A stretch of 64,000 nt of DNA, taken from positions 1 to 64,000 of the forward strand of contig CALSCP010001735.1 of the NCBI GenBank assembly GCA_943704425.1, read 5' to 3'. Under the pieces are notes generated by a model that worked only from the letters and a program-made list of their open reading frames with translations, was not told the DNA's origin and did not search any database. Below, piece by piece: positions 13,662-27,056 of this stretch. Origin of the DNA: Ministeria vibrans ATCC 50519. Lineage: Eukaryota; Protista; Filasterea. Both the position numbers and the translations under genes were made by a program. Position 1 is the first letter of the stretch; every line of letters begins with the position of its first letter.

Positions 13662-14993
13662 TCACCAGGCGGAGTTCTCTTCAACAAGCGTCTCATAGCC
13701 CTGTTCGTCGTACTCGTCGCGCCACAAGCACACCTCATCAAAACTGTTCAATCCTAAAAGTGAAAGAGAGGGGCCCACAACACAGTAAGAGTCAGTCACA
13801 CAAACACACACAAAAGATAAAGACTGGGAGGGGGAAAGGAAAGAGAAAAACATGTGTAGAGGAGTGTCAGTAAGTTGTACCTGCGACAATGCCGGCACCA
13901 CGATACGCGGCGTAGATGCATTCCTTCTGGCTGTGCACCTGAACCGCCAGCGACGAATGTACTAGTTGTTGCACCTCTCGCTAATCAAAGAAGAGTGTGT
14001 GTGTGAGAGGGAGAGTTAGTTAGTGAGCAAGGGCCAGCACAGCCAAGTGCGTACTTGGAGTCGCTCTGCAAAGCCAGGCATCTGGACTGCACCGCCCGAG
14101 ACACATATGTTGCGCGCCATGTCCTTTCGTGAGTCGTGCGGACACGCGTTAAGTGCTTTGGCCACCAAATGGTGCACTCCCACATTGTCCTATGGCGACA
14201 CAATCGTCAGAATTACTCTCCGACAAGCAGACACACAGAGAAAAAAAAAACACCACTCACAGACACGCACATTCAGATGTACCTTTCCATATAGGTTTGG
14301 GTCAAAGAAGCCCTCTGCAACCCGGAAGCGCGCGGTGTCAATAGTCACCTCTTGCGTCCCATCCGGCACTGCAAACTGCGAAATGTCCAACGTCTACGCG
14401 CAACAAGAAACATAACATAAGTTTGGAAGTGCGGTGAGAGTTCAGTGAGTCGCCTACAGTTTGGCAGAGGGGTGTCTCTCCCTTGTCTTTGGCGCGCGTG
14501 GCGTCTTCCAATTCGCGCTGGGGCTGCATGCTCACGTAGCACATCTTCTCCTTGAGGTAGCGTACTATGTAAGACTCGACGGGCGAGAAGAACCGATAGC
14601 CTGACTCTAAAAATGGACAACACAGACAGCAAAAGAAAGAATGAAAAAAACCATCAGTCGCCAAAAAAAATCGATTTTGAGTTGCGCTGCGTCTGTACCA
14701 GAGAGTAATCGTGCGAAGTGATCGGTAAGATTCTTTCCGCCAATTTGCAATTTCTGCTCTCCACCCTAACGACACAAAAGCAAACACCAGACAGAAAGAC
14801 AGAAAGAGGCAAAGACACACAAATCAGACCTCACTCACTAATGTATTGAAACATACCGACACGTTGAAGCCGTCAATGAGCGGCACGACGTCTGTGCGGT
14901 CGCCCACATCCACCACAATGCCCGACGTTTTGCCGTATGAATACATTGCAAGCACTGCCGAGTCAGAGAGAGAAAGAGGAGTCAGAGAGAGAA

Positions 14994-15054
<61 letters not shown>

Positions 15055-18000
15055 TGTGTAACAAAGAAATGAAGAGAGAGAGAATATAATTATAATATCA
15101 GTCTTTCAGAAACACCTCACAGCTTTCGGATACTGACCTGCTTGGGACTGAATAAAGAGCTTTGGTGCACGGTATGTCTCAAACATAATCTCGGCCATTC
15201 GCTTCTTGTTGCTATAAGTATTGTGCTAAACGCAAAACAGACCGATTCAGAATCAAACTGTCCCTTATTTTTCACTCACCTGAGGTGCAGTAAGCACAAA
15301 ACCATGAGCATTGGGCTCGACGTCGAGAGCTGAGAACACCTCCGCCCAAATGTCCTCGAGAGCATCTAGGTCGTAGACGGTGCGAGGGTCAAGCGGATTA
15401 GACGTGTGTACGGCGCGCCGGACGGCGGGACGGAGAGCCTCGGAGCCAACAAAAGAACGGACGGGGTCGGTGGCACTCGACGTGGCGTTGGTGGTGGCGT
15501 ACACGGTAGGGAAGACGACGGAGGGCGCAGTGGACTCAACAGAGATAACGCCCGCCTTGACGTCGCAGGAGCCGGCGTCAATGACAATGGTCGGCATGGA
15601 GGGCGCCGTGGGACGAAACATGGCTGCAACCTTGGACGACACATCAAAGGTGCCGCCGTTCTGCGCCATCTCCTCGAGTGCATGGTGCCACTCGCCCACC
15701 AAACCCGACGCGCTGTCACATCGCAGCATGATCAGCGTGTCGCCACGACGCAGAATCTCAATAGTCCCGTTGGTCGCCGACACACGGATGGTGGCACCGT
15801 GGACCGGCACACTTCCCAGAACCATGGGATCATCGAGTTCCTTGTAGTAACACAGTTTACCATCGCGCAACTCAAACCAGCGTCGCTTCCAGCCGTTGAA
15901 AATGGTCGCAGTGCGCTTGCCCGTCGCCAACTTGTCCATGTACCCCGCGTACGTGGCACGCTCGCGCTCCTCTACACGCTGGCGCTGTGACGGAGAGAGG
16001 CGCTGCATCGCCGGCGAGGGTGCCGGATTGACCGGCTTGCGCGTGCGGGCCTGGCGCTCTTGCGTGCCATAGAGCGCCGCCAGAAGCGGAGATGGATCCC
16101 ACTGGCTCGCCTTGCTCCACGTCACACTCGATGCACCAGTCGCGTGCTTCGCCAGCGACGCAGCATCCGCCTCTTTGGTCTCACTCGCCACATCGGCATT
16201 GGCGAGTACCTGTGCGATAAGCAGTGCCATCTCGGCCTCCTCGTCCATTGTGAGCGTCTCGGGCACTTTCATACCTTTGGACAACACCAACTCGCGCAAT
16301 TGCTCCAGCGACAGCTGACCAAGTTCGGACGCGAGTGACTGTTTCTCCTCCGTAGAGGGTGGTGATGGCGCAGGAGCAGATGCGTCAGCGACAGTCTCAG
16401 GAGCGGCAGTAGCCGCAGTGATAGTGGCCTCGGTCGTAGAGGTCTCCTCCTCGGGCACATCGTCCAGCAGGCTCTCTGGTGCTGCTGCACTGGCTGGGTT
16501 CGCTGACGCCTCTTGAAGCTCGAGAAGAGCTGCCTCGTCGGTGGCAAGCCAGGAGGTGGCGCGCGTATCCGTCGTCGAAAGCCGGTTGTGTGACTCGGGG
16601 CGATGGGAGCGCAGGAAGCGTTGGAAGCCTGGATGCTCGCGAACAGTATGGTCAGCGGCAAGGACTGCCAGGAAGAGCTCGAGACGACGACGGTCGTCTT
16701 CAACATCCGCATCCGTCGTGGGCTCGTCATCGTCGTCGTCGGGTACTAGCTCAGGCAGTCGCACATCGCACGGCAGAATCCCAGCCTGCGCGAGCGAATC
16801 GCGTAGCCACTGAAACTCGACGTAGCGACGACGGACACCGTGGGAGCGCGACGAACGAAACGAAGGAATGTCCGAGCGAACACGCAAGCCAAAGTCGGTG
16901 TAGGGTTTGCCTTCGGTGTCGTTGAGCACACGCGGATCACACACACTCACCGTGAGGTACTGAGACAGCTTCTCAATAGGCTCGACGACGGAAGAGGATG
17001 ACGGACGGTCGCTGCTACTTCTACTTCTCTCGGGTGCCGCTGCGACTGAAGCAATGTCGTGATCTTGTGCTTCCTCCGATTTAGTCTCCATGTCGGTGGG
17101 CGTCGCAGGCAAGGGCGCGTCGTCGGGACGCTCGTCACAGTCGACGCTCGTCACCAGAATGGACGGGGTGGTCGGCGTGGACGATGGCAGCGAGCTGATC
17201 ACCCGCTCGTACGTCAAAATGACATCGTCAACGCTGCTGTCACGTTTGCCAATCGTTGTGTGTTCGTTCTCGGCCCTTTTCGATGGCATGTGGCCAAAGT
17301 CGTCGTGGACTTCCGCCCGATCCTCTGTCGACTCGCTCGCGTCGGTGTTGTCCGCCCCGTCTTCGGGAGCGGTCACGACCACGTCCGTCTTAGCCTCAGT
17401 CTCGGCCCCAATTTCAATTTCGGGCTCGGTGTTGCTCTGTGACGTCTCAGCGGCCTCCACTGTTGTCTCCATTGCCGCCGCTGCTTCTGTATTGGTGCGA
17501 TTAGATGCCGGCGACGCAGGTGGTGATTTCGGAGTGGGCGTCGTGGTGGACGCCTCCTCAACTGTCGATTCTTCGATGGAGGGAGCGACGATGACTGGAA
17601 CGGAAACGGCAGTGTCGTCGTCGTCGTCGTCGTCGGCAAAGACACCGGCAGAGCCCCGTGCCCCAGGAGGAGGAGCAGAGGGGTCGACGGCAAACACCGC
17701 AGAACTGCTTCCGAGCCGCCCAGCGCTCTTTCTGTGCTCCGCAATGTCGGCGGCGGTAGCGATGTCTGGAGGGTCGCTCGATGTCGGGGTGGTGGTGGAG
17801 TCTGTGTCCTTGCGGCGCCTCATTTTAGGCGACTTTGGCGGGAGCACAGGTGACTGAGGGCGATCGGAGGGCCCGGGCGGAGTCGACGCGGCACTCTCGT
17901 CGGCAATGGCGGCGAGGGGGGCCGCCGCAGCATCCATACGAGTCGATGCGATGGGACTGGTGCTCTTGGGGCGCATCGACTGCGCTCTGGGAGCGAGTTT

Positions 18001-18181
18001 GGGTGTCTCTTCTGAAGTTTCCTTTGTCAGCAACACCGAGCGAGGCCGTGAGGGCGCGTTTGACTACACACACAAGGCGGGTGTAAGTATCCGTGCGAGG
18101 GTAGTGCCAAAGGAGGCTGAACGGCCCAGGGGCATGAGCGAAAAGGGCTTTTTGTCCCACAAGAGTTCACAGCCAAATTTT

Positions 18182-18226
<45 letters not shown>

Positions 18227-18295
18227 TCGTACGTAGCGCGTTTTTGGTGTTTGTTTTGCCGCATAGGCGTTGAGCAAATCATCCAAGTCCGCCAT
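13662..18295 (-). CDS. Large protein: disordered N-terminus, PX domain, PH domain, C-terminal actin-related domain
   Basis: Exon 1 MADLDDLLNAYAAKQTPKTRY splices in frame to ORF 15265-18036. PX: VRRRYVEFQWLRDSL. PH: YAGYMDKL..WKRRWFELRDGKLCYYK. Actin fold: IVIDAGSCDVKAG, YSYGKTSGIVVDVGD, YLKEKMCYV, SGGAVQMPGFAERLQ, DEYDEQG. Confidence 0.85.
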
Positions 18296-18412
18296 GCTTG
18301 AAACAGGAAATCAGTCAAATCACTGATGATAACTGATCAGAAATAATCTAAAACAATAAAATATTATTCTTATTTACTCCATTCATTTCTTCTTCGCCGT
18401 CACGATAGTTCC

Positions 18413-21400
18413 ATGACGCAGGCGTCAGACGTGGCCGACTTCCTGCTGAGTCGCCGTCTGTATCTGACGGCGCTGGAATTGCACACAGAGCTGTTGGAGA
18501 CGGGCGAGGTAGAAAACGAAAGGGAAAGGGACAATCGCAAACCCTTTTGTCGCTTGTGTGTCTGCTAGGAATGCAAAGCGCTGTCCGACTACTTTGCACA
18601 CGGCATCGACATGCAGGCGGACGACGATGGGGCGAGCAGCCACAGCCAGAGCACGACCACAATGCAGGAAATCGACGAATTGTACTCGCGAACGGGCTCG
18701 GACGGCCGTGCCGACGATCGCCTTGCTGTGCTCGAGTTTGAGCTTCGCCAGGCGCGCGAGACGATTGAGTCGTTGCGCGAACAGCTCACACACACAGTGG
18801 GTGGGAGTGCGGTGCAGCGAACACCCTCCAATGCCGCAGCAACCCAGCAACACTCTGCGGTGGACAGCATCAACAACAACAACAGCGCCGCCAATGGCAC
18901 GCCGACTAGCGCTGCGGACACTACTACTACTACTACTGCTGCTGCTGCTGGTGGTGGTGGTGGTGGTTCAGGCAATGGTGCCAACAGTGACGGCACCGAC
19001 AGCGAATTGGACACGTCGCCGATCCGCGAGTACGAACAGCGCGCCATCAACTACCTCGTCAACGACTACCTTCTGACACGCGACTACAAACTGACGGCGA
19101 TTACACTCGCAGACGAGGTCCCCGACCAGGACGTCGAGCGTTGGTCTGATGTGGGTGTCGACATTGAGCTGCCGCCGTCGCTGCTCAACGCCTACCGTCT
19201 GCATTGGCGTGGAGCGCTCGGGAAGAACGGTGTTGAGCGGGATCGTCGCGAACAGAGCGAGTTGCGTGAGCGCATTGAAGAGCTTGAAGAAGAACTGGCA
19301 GTCACGGTGTCGTCACGAAGCACCGCTGAACGCCGTCTGAACCGTGTTTTGCACGACAACGAGGAGCTTGAGCGACGACTTGCCTCCAAGAGTCGCGAGG
19401 GCGACGCGCCCAAGTCGGACGGCAAGGCACACTCGACACAGCGCAACAACGCTGACACTACCGGCGACGATGGTCGTGATGCGGACGAGGGTGGGTCGGC
19501 TGCGATGGCGAGTGCAGGAGACAAGGGAGCGGGTGAAGGGGGAACAGGAGCAAACGGAAAGACAAAGACTACTTCTGGCAAGCAGCGGATGACTCGACTG
19601 CGACTGCAAGGGCTCGTGCAGGGCTGTCGCAAGTCGCTGTCGTTTCAGCGGATTGTGCGTCGTCTCTCGCACACTCCCATCAGCACGCGTGTGGGGCGCG
19701 AAGTGGAGCTTGTATCGACGCAACACCACGACTCGGTGAGTGTTCTGGCACGCTGCTTGCCCTACGTCGTGCCCAACGTGCTGCTGAAGCGACGTGACGA
19801 GCTCATTCCGTTGATGCTATTGGTGATCCGCAAGCACGACGATGCAGGTGTGCGCGATGCTCTCACGCATAGCATGTTCAATCTGATGAAGCGTCCTAAC
19901 GAGGCGCAGCGCCAAGTCATCATGAATGGCTGCCTGGCTCTTGTCAAAGCAGTCGGCAGCGAGCGCACTGTCGAGGAGCTGTTGCCGCAGTGCTGGGAGC
20001 AGATTGGCCACAAGTACGAGGAGCGACGTGTTCTCGTTGCAGACTCGTGTGGAGTACTGTCGCCCTTTGTGCCCGCCGACCTGCGTCCGTCGCTGCTCTT
20101 TTCCATTCTGCAGCAGCTCGTCGACGACAACAGCGACATGGTGCGCGCGAGCGTTGCCAAGAATCTTGGAGTGCTTGTGGCGGCACTCGAGACGGGCGAC
20201 AAGTACGCAGCCATTGTTCGCGTGGCGCTCAAGCTCATGGTGGACGCATCAGACGCCGTGCGCGATGTTGTTACGTCCATTCTGCTACCGTCGCTCGCCC
20301 AGTGGGGCTCCGAGTGTGACCAGCTTGAGCAGCAGTACTTTTCGGCGGGTCTCTTTGCGCAGATTGACGATGTGATCAAGGCGTGCGGCGACGACGCGCG
20401 CTATGGAGTCGCCGAGACGGACCGCCTGTGTGCACTTATTGAGGCGGCGCGTCTCGCGGTGCCTGCCCTTTGGTGCACGGTGGTACGCACGTCACCCTTT
20501 TCCGGTATATCGGGCGATACTGGTGGCGGAGAGGATGGCAGTGGGGGTGCGACAGGTGTGGATGGTGAGGAGGAGTTGGCACGGGCGCTCGAGACGACGG
20601 TCGAAGCGGCCGACGCCGAAGCCAAAGCAGAGGCGCTTGCGTTTGCATCGGGACAACCTGCAAAGTCTGCGACAATGAAGGATGAGAGCGATGCCTTAAC
20701 AGTCGCTGCAGCTGCTGTTGCCGTGCCGACCGCAACAGAAAATGACGAGACGATCCTGGACAATCCGTTTGCTGGCGACGCTGCATCCGACGACGAGGAC
20801 ACCTCTGCGGCGCCCCTGACTACCATGCCTGCTCCGAGTGCGTCTACGTCAAGCACAGCAAAGTCACCGCCAGCGAGCGCGACAGCTGCCGAGGGTGCGC
20901 AGAAGAACACGAGTGCTCGTCGCAATGCCGCTGCGGGACTGCTCACGTGCAGTGTGATCCTTGGCAGTGACGCGCGCGTCGAAATGGCGCGCGCCAACTT
21001 TGATTCGTATTTGGATTTGTACGAGCACGACGAAGCGGCGGCAGCCGCGGCAGCAGCAGCCTCAGCGAGTGAGGCAACGGAAGGCACAGACGAAGGGAAT
21101 GAAGAGGGGGTTGCCGCGTCGCACAAGCGCGACGAAGGCTGGCCTGCCTTCAACTGGCTCGTGCACGAGTTCCTTCCGCACCTATTGAGCATTGTGGGCA
21201 GTGTGGACGCTGCCAATGTTGCTGTGGTTGAAGAACTTGAGACACTCGTGTTGACGGTGTGTCGTCAGTTTGGCGATCGATTCACGCGATTGTGTGTGCG
21301 TCCGCTGTTTGAGCGTGTACTTGCTATGCGGCAGGGTGAGGGTGAGGGCGGCGAGCGCGTGTTGACCTTGCGTGGACGTGTTCTTCCGTGCTTTGTTGTG

Positions 21401-22851
21401 GGTGTGCTGGCGGCGGAGGGCTACGAGGCGGCGCACGAGGAGACACTGGCATTTGTGCGCGCGACGCTGGTCAAGATGTGTGCGGGCGTGGATGACTGGC
21501 AGGCGGCGCAGGTGCCGTTGGTACAGCGAGCCGTTGAGCAGCTGTACACGTCGTCGTCGCGCCAGTACGTCGACCAGGTTGTTCATGCGGCATGGGAGTT
21601 TGTCGTGAACAGTGATGCAGTGCTGCGTGGGGCCACAGTGGAGCTGCTGCAGCGGGCAGTGCCGTTCCTCGATGGCGATGTGGTCTCGCGCCGCGTTGTC
21701 CCTGCGCTGGTGACGCTGGCGACGGACGCTGAGGCGCTTGTGCGTAGCAGCAGCATCTCTGCGTTTGGCGCCATTGCGGCGTCGACCAAGACGAGTGTTC
21801 AAGTGCAGGAGAAGATCAAGATGCAGTTTCAGGCATTTCTCGACGATACAAATCGTGACATTACTGCCGAGGTAATGCATCAGTACGAACATGGGCTATT
21901 CTGATTATCTGTGTTTGTTTGTTTGTTTGTTTTTTTGGTTTTTTTGGTTTTTTTTTGTTGGCTTTTTAGGTTGTGCGAACATTTTGCGAGATGATTCCGC
22001 GCGCGGATCCGTCTCTACGCGATCGGTTCATTTTGCCACAATTGCTATCGCTGAGTCGGTCGTTGGCCAAATTAGATAGTGTGGAGCGACTGGAGGAGCG
22101 ACGGGTTGTGCTTGAGCCGCTCTTGACAGCGTTTAGTGCGATTATTGTGTGCTGTACGATCGTTCGTTACCCATGTCATCCGACTGCTTGCCTACCAGTC
22201 GNNNNNNNNNNTCAGGGAGACGGTTGTGCTGTTGGCCGCCGTTCCCGCTGTCCAGCCATGTTTGAACTGTTGATGGTCATGCTTATTTTCTTGTTGTGAA
22301 ATTTTAATATGTGTTTTCTCTGTGTGTATGTGTGTCTATAGTTGTGGAGGAGGACATGTTGGCGGAGTATGTTGTTCCTGCGTTGCAGGTTCTATTGGAG
22401 CATGGTAAGAAGACATAGCGTGTGTATGACAATCATGACATTGGGTATGTGTTTGCTGTTTGTTGTGTAGAGTCACTGTTAGAGAAACGCGCACAGGCAG
22501 AAAGTATGTTGGCGGACTGTGAGGCGCGCATTGAGTCCAGGAACAACCTGAGGTAGACACGGGCTTTTGATGACGATGCTGTTGTTGTTGTTGTATTCAT
22601 ATTCTATGGTCTGTTAGTTTGCAAGGAGACGATGGAGGAAAGATGCGCAAGAAACTCATGAGCAAATTTCGCCACACGAGTGCACAAAAGGTATGAAATA
22701 CAGATGTGAGTCTGATCGACAGCTCAAACCCGTTTGTTGTTGCATGTGAAAGGGAGATGAGGAGAAGCGATCGATGCGGGACATGTTCAAGCGCAATCGC
22801 AAGTCGGCTGCGACAGGTGCGACGCCCGAGACGGACGACAAGGAAAAGTGA
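18413..22851 (+). CDS. RELCH: RAB11-binding protein RELCH/KIAA1468 (LisH, coiled coil, HEAT repeats)
   Basis: DFLLSRRLYLTALELHTELLE, LAVLEFELRQARETIESLR, LisH AINYLVNDYLLTRDYKLTAITLADE, CLPYVVPNVLLKRRDELIP, ELLPQCWEQIGHKYEERRVLVA. The 3' exons near the 10-N gap are approximate. Confidence 0.92.
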
Positions 22852-22970
22852 TAATAATGATGGTTATTATTAATAGAATGATACACATGAAAAAAACATA
22901 AAAAAGAACAAAAGAAGGAAAGGAACAGCAAAATATTTTTGTATTTTAGGGGGCAAAGGAAAGTGACAGA

Positions 22971-23784
22971 CTACTTCTTACGGCCGCCACGCTCCTTGAG
23001 TGCGACCTGAAGGAGAGTGCGCGAAGTGACGTTGTAATGCGCGAGCGAGTGCGCGTCCTTGAGGAACAGACCCATGATCGACAATTTAGCTTTGCTCGTG
23101 GGCAGTTGTGTGCGCTCGAAGATCTTCGTCTTGAGAGTGGCGACCGTGTCTGTCACGTCTGCTTCGATGGCGTGACGCGTGCCGTCCAGACCCCACTCCA
23201 CCCGTTTGCTCTCGTCGTCGTTGTAGACCATTTCAATCGTGAATTGCACTGGTCCCTATATGTTATTATTTTTGTAAAAAAAAAAGCAAACGAAAAAAAA
23301 AAACGCAGTGTCAGAGGGAAAGGGGAGAAGGGGACTTTGAGATTACAGAATTTTCTTTGAGAAACTCTTCTTCGGAGACGAGCTGGAGAGTTTGTGCGGC
23401 AGCTTCCGCGGCAGTACGGGGACGCTTGACGAGTATTTCATGGTCGTTGGCATGTGAATCGTCCTCCGTTGTGTCGAGCGGACGCTTGGCGGGAGGCGGG
23501 GGCGGCTGAAAAGTCAAAAGAGAGAAAGTAAGGCGCTCAGGTGGGAACAAGTAAGTGCGAAACGTACTGCGATAAAACCGCCCATATGAGGTGCGGGAGC
23601 GGCAAAGCCAGGGAGGGCACTGCGCTGCTGGGGCACAGTAGTGGGTGTGGGCAGAAGGGTGGCGGCTGCACTAGCTGCTGCAATCGCGGCATCTGCGCCA
23701 AATCGCTAAAAACGGGTGAGAGAAGGGGATTAGAACACGACGAAAAGGAAATGAAAATAATAATAATAAGAAAATAATTAATAA

Positions 23785-23873
<89 letters not shown>

Positions 23874-25021
23874 TAATAAAATTAATAATAATTAATAAAA
23901 ATTATAGTATTATTGATATAATTATTTTGTTTGTGTGCTTGTCGTACGGAAGACTTGGTCTCGTCGATGGTGGTTGCTGCTTGTGCTTGAACCACAGCAG
24001 CGGCAGCGCGTGATCCAAGACTCGAGATCTACAAGACAACACACACAAATTTCAGATAGGTCGAGCTTGTGCACAAAGAGGGCTAGATGGTGGGTACTGA
24101 CCTGATTCCAGGGAACGGTACCGCGCGGAGGCGCCACAGCAGAAGTAGGCGCGGAGGGGGCAGGTGGCGTGGGCACCGCCGAGGCTGTCTTTGTAGCAGC
24201 AGCAGCAGCAGCAGCAGCAGCGTCTGAGCCAGTCGCACTGGGGGCGACGGCAGCTGCAGATGCTGTTTGCGCTGCTTTCTGCTTGGCCGCCTCGTCCGCT
24301 TTCACTCCAATCAGTCCGGTTTCGCTTGAGCCAAAGATATCCGTTCGTCGTTCCGCAAGTTGCTTGAGCGAACTCGACACGTTTGTTCCAATGCGATGAA
24401 CCGCCTAAGAATAGTAAACGTAAAGAGAAGGGAGGGAAGCTTGGTTGATGTTGGAATGGCGATACCTCAAGTTCGCGCTTCTCCTGCTCGTGTTTATCCT
24501 TGAGCTCCTTCCAGCGGGGGTTGAGCATGCAGACCTTCAAGTGCTGGTCCATGTCGCTCATGGGCACCTTGAGGCCACAGCGCGGGCACTGCTGCTGAGT
24601 GCCAATGCGGACTGTCTGGCCCTGCGCAGCCGCTGCTGCTGCCTTGGGGTTATAGTTCTTAACGACCTTGACAGATTCGTCGATTGTCACGCCCTGTGGC
24701 ATTGGGATGGGAGCAGGTGCCGGCAGAGTCTAGGCGCAGCAACATCAGCAACGGTGGGGAAGAAAGAGGTTAGGTTGGAAGAACAATGTACTCTCTTTCT
24801 ATCACTTTGTTCTATTGGTCCATCACGTCTTTGTTATTTCTCTCTCAATTTGATCTTCCTCTCTCGTATTGCTTTGCTTTGGTTCTCTCTCGTATCGTTT
24901 TGTTTTGGTTCTCTCTCTCTATCACTTTGTTTCTTTCTCCTTCCCTCCTCTCTCTCTCTATCACTTTGTTTCTTTCTCCTTCCCTCCTCTCTCTCTCTAT
25001 CACTTTGTTTCTTTCTCCTTC

Positions 25022-25083
<62 letters not shown>

Positions 25084-26651
25084 TATATCTACCTCCCNNN
25101 NNNNNNNNNNNNNNNNNNNNNNNNNNNNNNNNNNNNNNNNNNNNNNNNNNNNNNNNNNNNNNNNNNNNNNNNNNNNNNNNNNNNNNNNNNNNNNNNNNNN
25201 NNNNNNNNNNNNNNNNNNNNNNNNNNNNNNNNNNNNNNNNNNNNNNNNNNNNNNNNNNNNNNNNNNNNNNNNNNNNNNNNNNNNNNNNNNNNNNNNNNNN
25301 NNNNNNNNNNNNNNNNNNNNNNNNNNNNNNNNNNNNNNNNNNNNNNNNNNNNNNNNNNNNNNNNNNNNNNNNNNNNNNNNNNNNNNNNNNNNNNNNNNNN
25401 NNNNNNNNNNNNNNNNNNNNNNNNNNNNNNNNNNNNNNNNNNNNNNNNNNNNNNNNNNNNNNNNNNNNNNNNNNNNNNNNNNNNNNNNNNNNNNNNNNNN
25501 NNNNNNNNNNNNNNNNNNNNNNNNNNNNNNNNNNNNNNNNNNNNNNNNNNNNNNNNNNNNNNNNNNNNNNNNNNNNNNNNNNNNNNNNNNNNNNNNNNNN
25601 NNNNNNNNNNNNNNNNNNNNNNNNNNNNNNNNNNNNNNNNNNNNNNNNNNNNNNNNNNNNNNNNNNNNNNNNNNNNNNNNNNNNNNNNNNNNNNNNNNNN
25701 NNNNNNNNNNNNNNNNNNNNNNNNNNNNNNNNNNNNNNNNNNNNNNNNNNNNNNNNNNNNNNNNNNNNNNNNNNNNNNNNNNNNNNNNNNNNNNNNNNNN
25801 NNNNNNNNNNNNNNNNNNNNNNNNNNNNNNNNNNNNNNNNNNNNNNNNNNNNNNNNNNNNNNNNNNNNNNNNNNNNNNNNNNNNNNNNNNNNNNNNNNNN
25901 NNNNNNNNNNNNNNNNNNNNNNNNNNNNNNNNNNNNNNNNNNNNNNNNNNNNNNNNNNNNNNNNNNNNNNNNNNNNNNNNNNCTGTCTCTCTCAATCTGT
26001 CTCTCTCAATCTGTCTCTCTCAATCTGTCTCTCTCAGTCTGTCTGTCTCAATCTGTCTCTCTCACCTTCTCTTCGTCCGCCGCTGCTTTCTCCTCTGCGT
26101 TTTCTGCAGGCTTCTCTGTCGCGTTTCCTGTCGATCAATGGGGCATTTGTTAGAGACGAAGGGGGAAGCTCACCCCACCAGCTTGCCCCGTACCTGATGT
26201 GTACTCGCGCACCATGTGGTTGTAGTAGGCATGGTATGGACTTGACGGTTTGAGGAAATCGAATTTTGCGTTGTTTGCCTGTCAAAAGAAAGAGCAGCAT
26301 CCACGCGCGTGTAAGAAGTACGGACAGGCAAATGTAGTCGGAATGGAGGCAAGGCGGGGCGCGAGAGAGGGGCGAGGGGAGCGAGAAGAGAGCGAGAACC
26401 AAGAGACGACGAATTCTGTGCTGTGCGCTGGAGAAGAACGGGGCGCAGCGAGGGGCACGAGGGCGCGGCGTGAAGCACCGCCGAGACATGCGTGGGATGG
26501 CCCGTACCTCGGTTTGTGCGATCTTGTTTTGAAACTCATAACCATTTCGAGCGACAAAACTGGCTGTTTTGTCGACGACTCCCCTCACTTCGGGCGGGGG
26601 GTAGATCAGCCCGATGCCTGTCTGTCCGGGTAGCTCAGCCACATTCACCAT
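22971..26651 (-). CDS. SF3A1: Splicing factor SF3A1 (SAP114/Prp21); middle lies in an assembly gap
   Basis: SURP GLIYPPPEVRGVVDKTASFVARNGYEF; LKQLAERRTDIFG; C-terminal ubiquitin-like domain ending LAHYNV..LKERGGRKK. Confidence 0.93.
23785..23870. repeat. (AAT)n microsatellite in an SF3A1 intron
   Basis: Long perfect AAT run visible. Confidence 0.95.
24910..25060. repeat. ~39-bp minisatellite x3 merging into (CT)n
   Basis: Unit CTCTCTCTATCACTTTGTTTCTTTCTCCTTCCCTC occurs three times in tandem. Confidence 0.9.
25098..25983. other. Assembly gap (N run); smaller gaps at ~22202, ~34227-34277 and ~50634
   Basis: N characters flanked by microsatellites. Confidence 1.
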
Positions 26652-27056
26652 ATTGAGGAAAAAAGAAGAAACAAAAAATGTATCCCTTGAGAGTAAATAA
26701 GTTGAGGTACCGAATGTTTTAACAAGAATATATTTCCAAACCGATTGTGCCTTATTTGTGTGTTTTGATCTGGAAAGAGGAAGTCGGCCAATCGCTGATT
26801 ATTCGCTGTAGTGTCGAGAAGGCTTTGGAGGTTAGTGCCCACCCACAGTGTGTTGAATGTTTACTCATTGTATTGTTTCATTACTCTTCATTGTATTGTA
26901 TTTCAATACTCTACAATCTACATTGTACTGCTTTGTATTTTGTATAACATTAAAATAATAATAATAATAATACTTATTACTATTTTTATCTCCTTATACT
27001 TTTTTCCAATCTTTTTTAATTTAATTGAGGTCAGCATATTTCCATTTTCTTCTTTA

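Noticed and set aside
16195-16250. UIM-like DEEAEMALLIAQVL in the PX-PH-actin protein
   Set aside because: It lacks the conserved Ala-x3-Ser of UIMs; too weak to call.
25098-26065. SF3A1 apparently missing its second SURP and central domain
   Set aside because: The missing part most likely lies in the assembly gap.
24445-26253. Long ORFs of 331-602 aa in several frames
   Set aside because: Artefacts of translating through the N gap and CT microsatellites.
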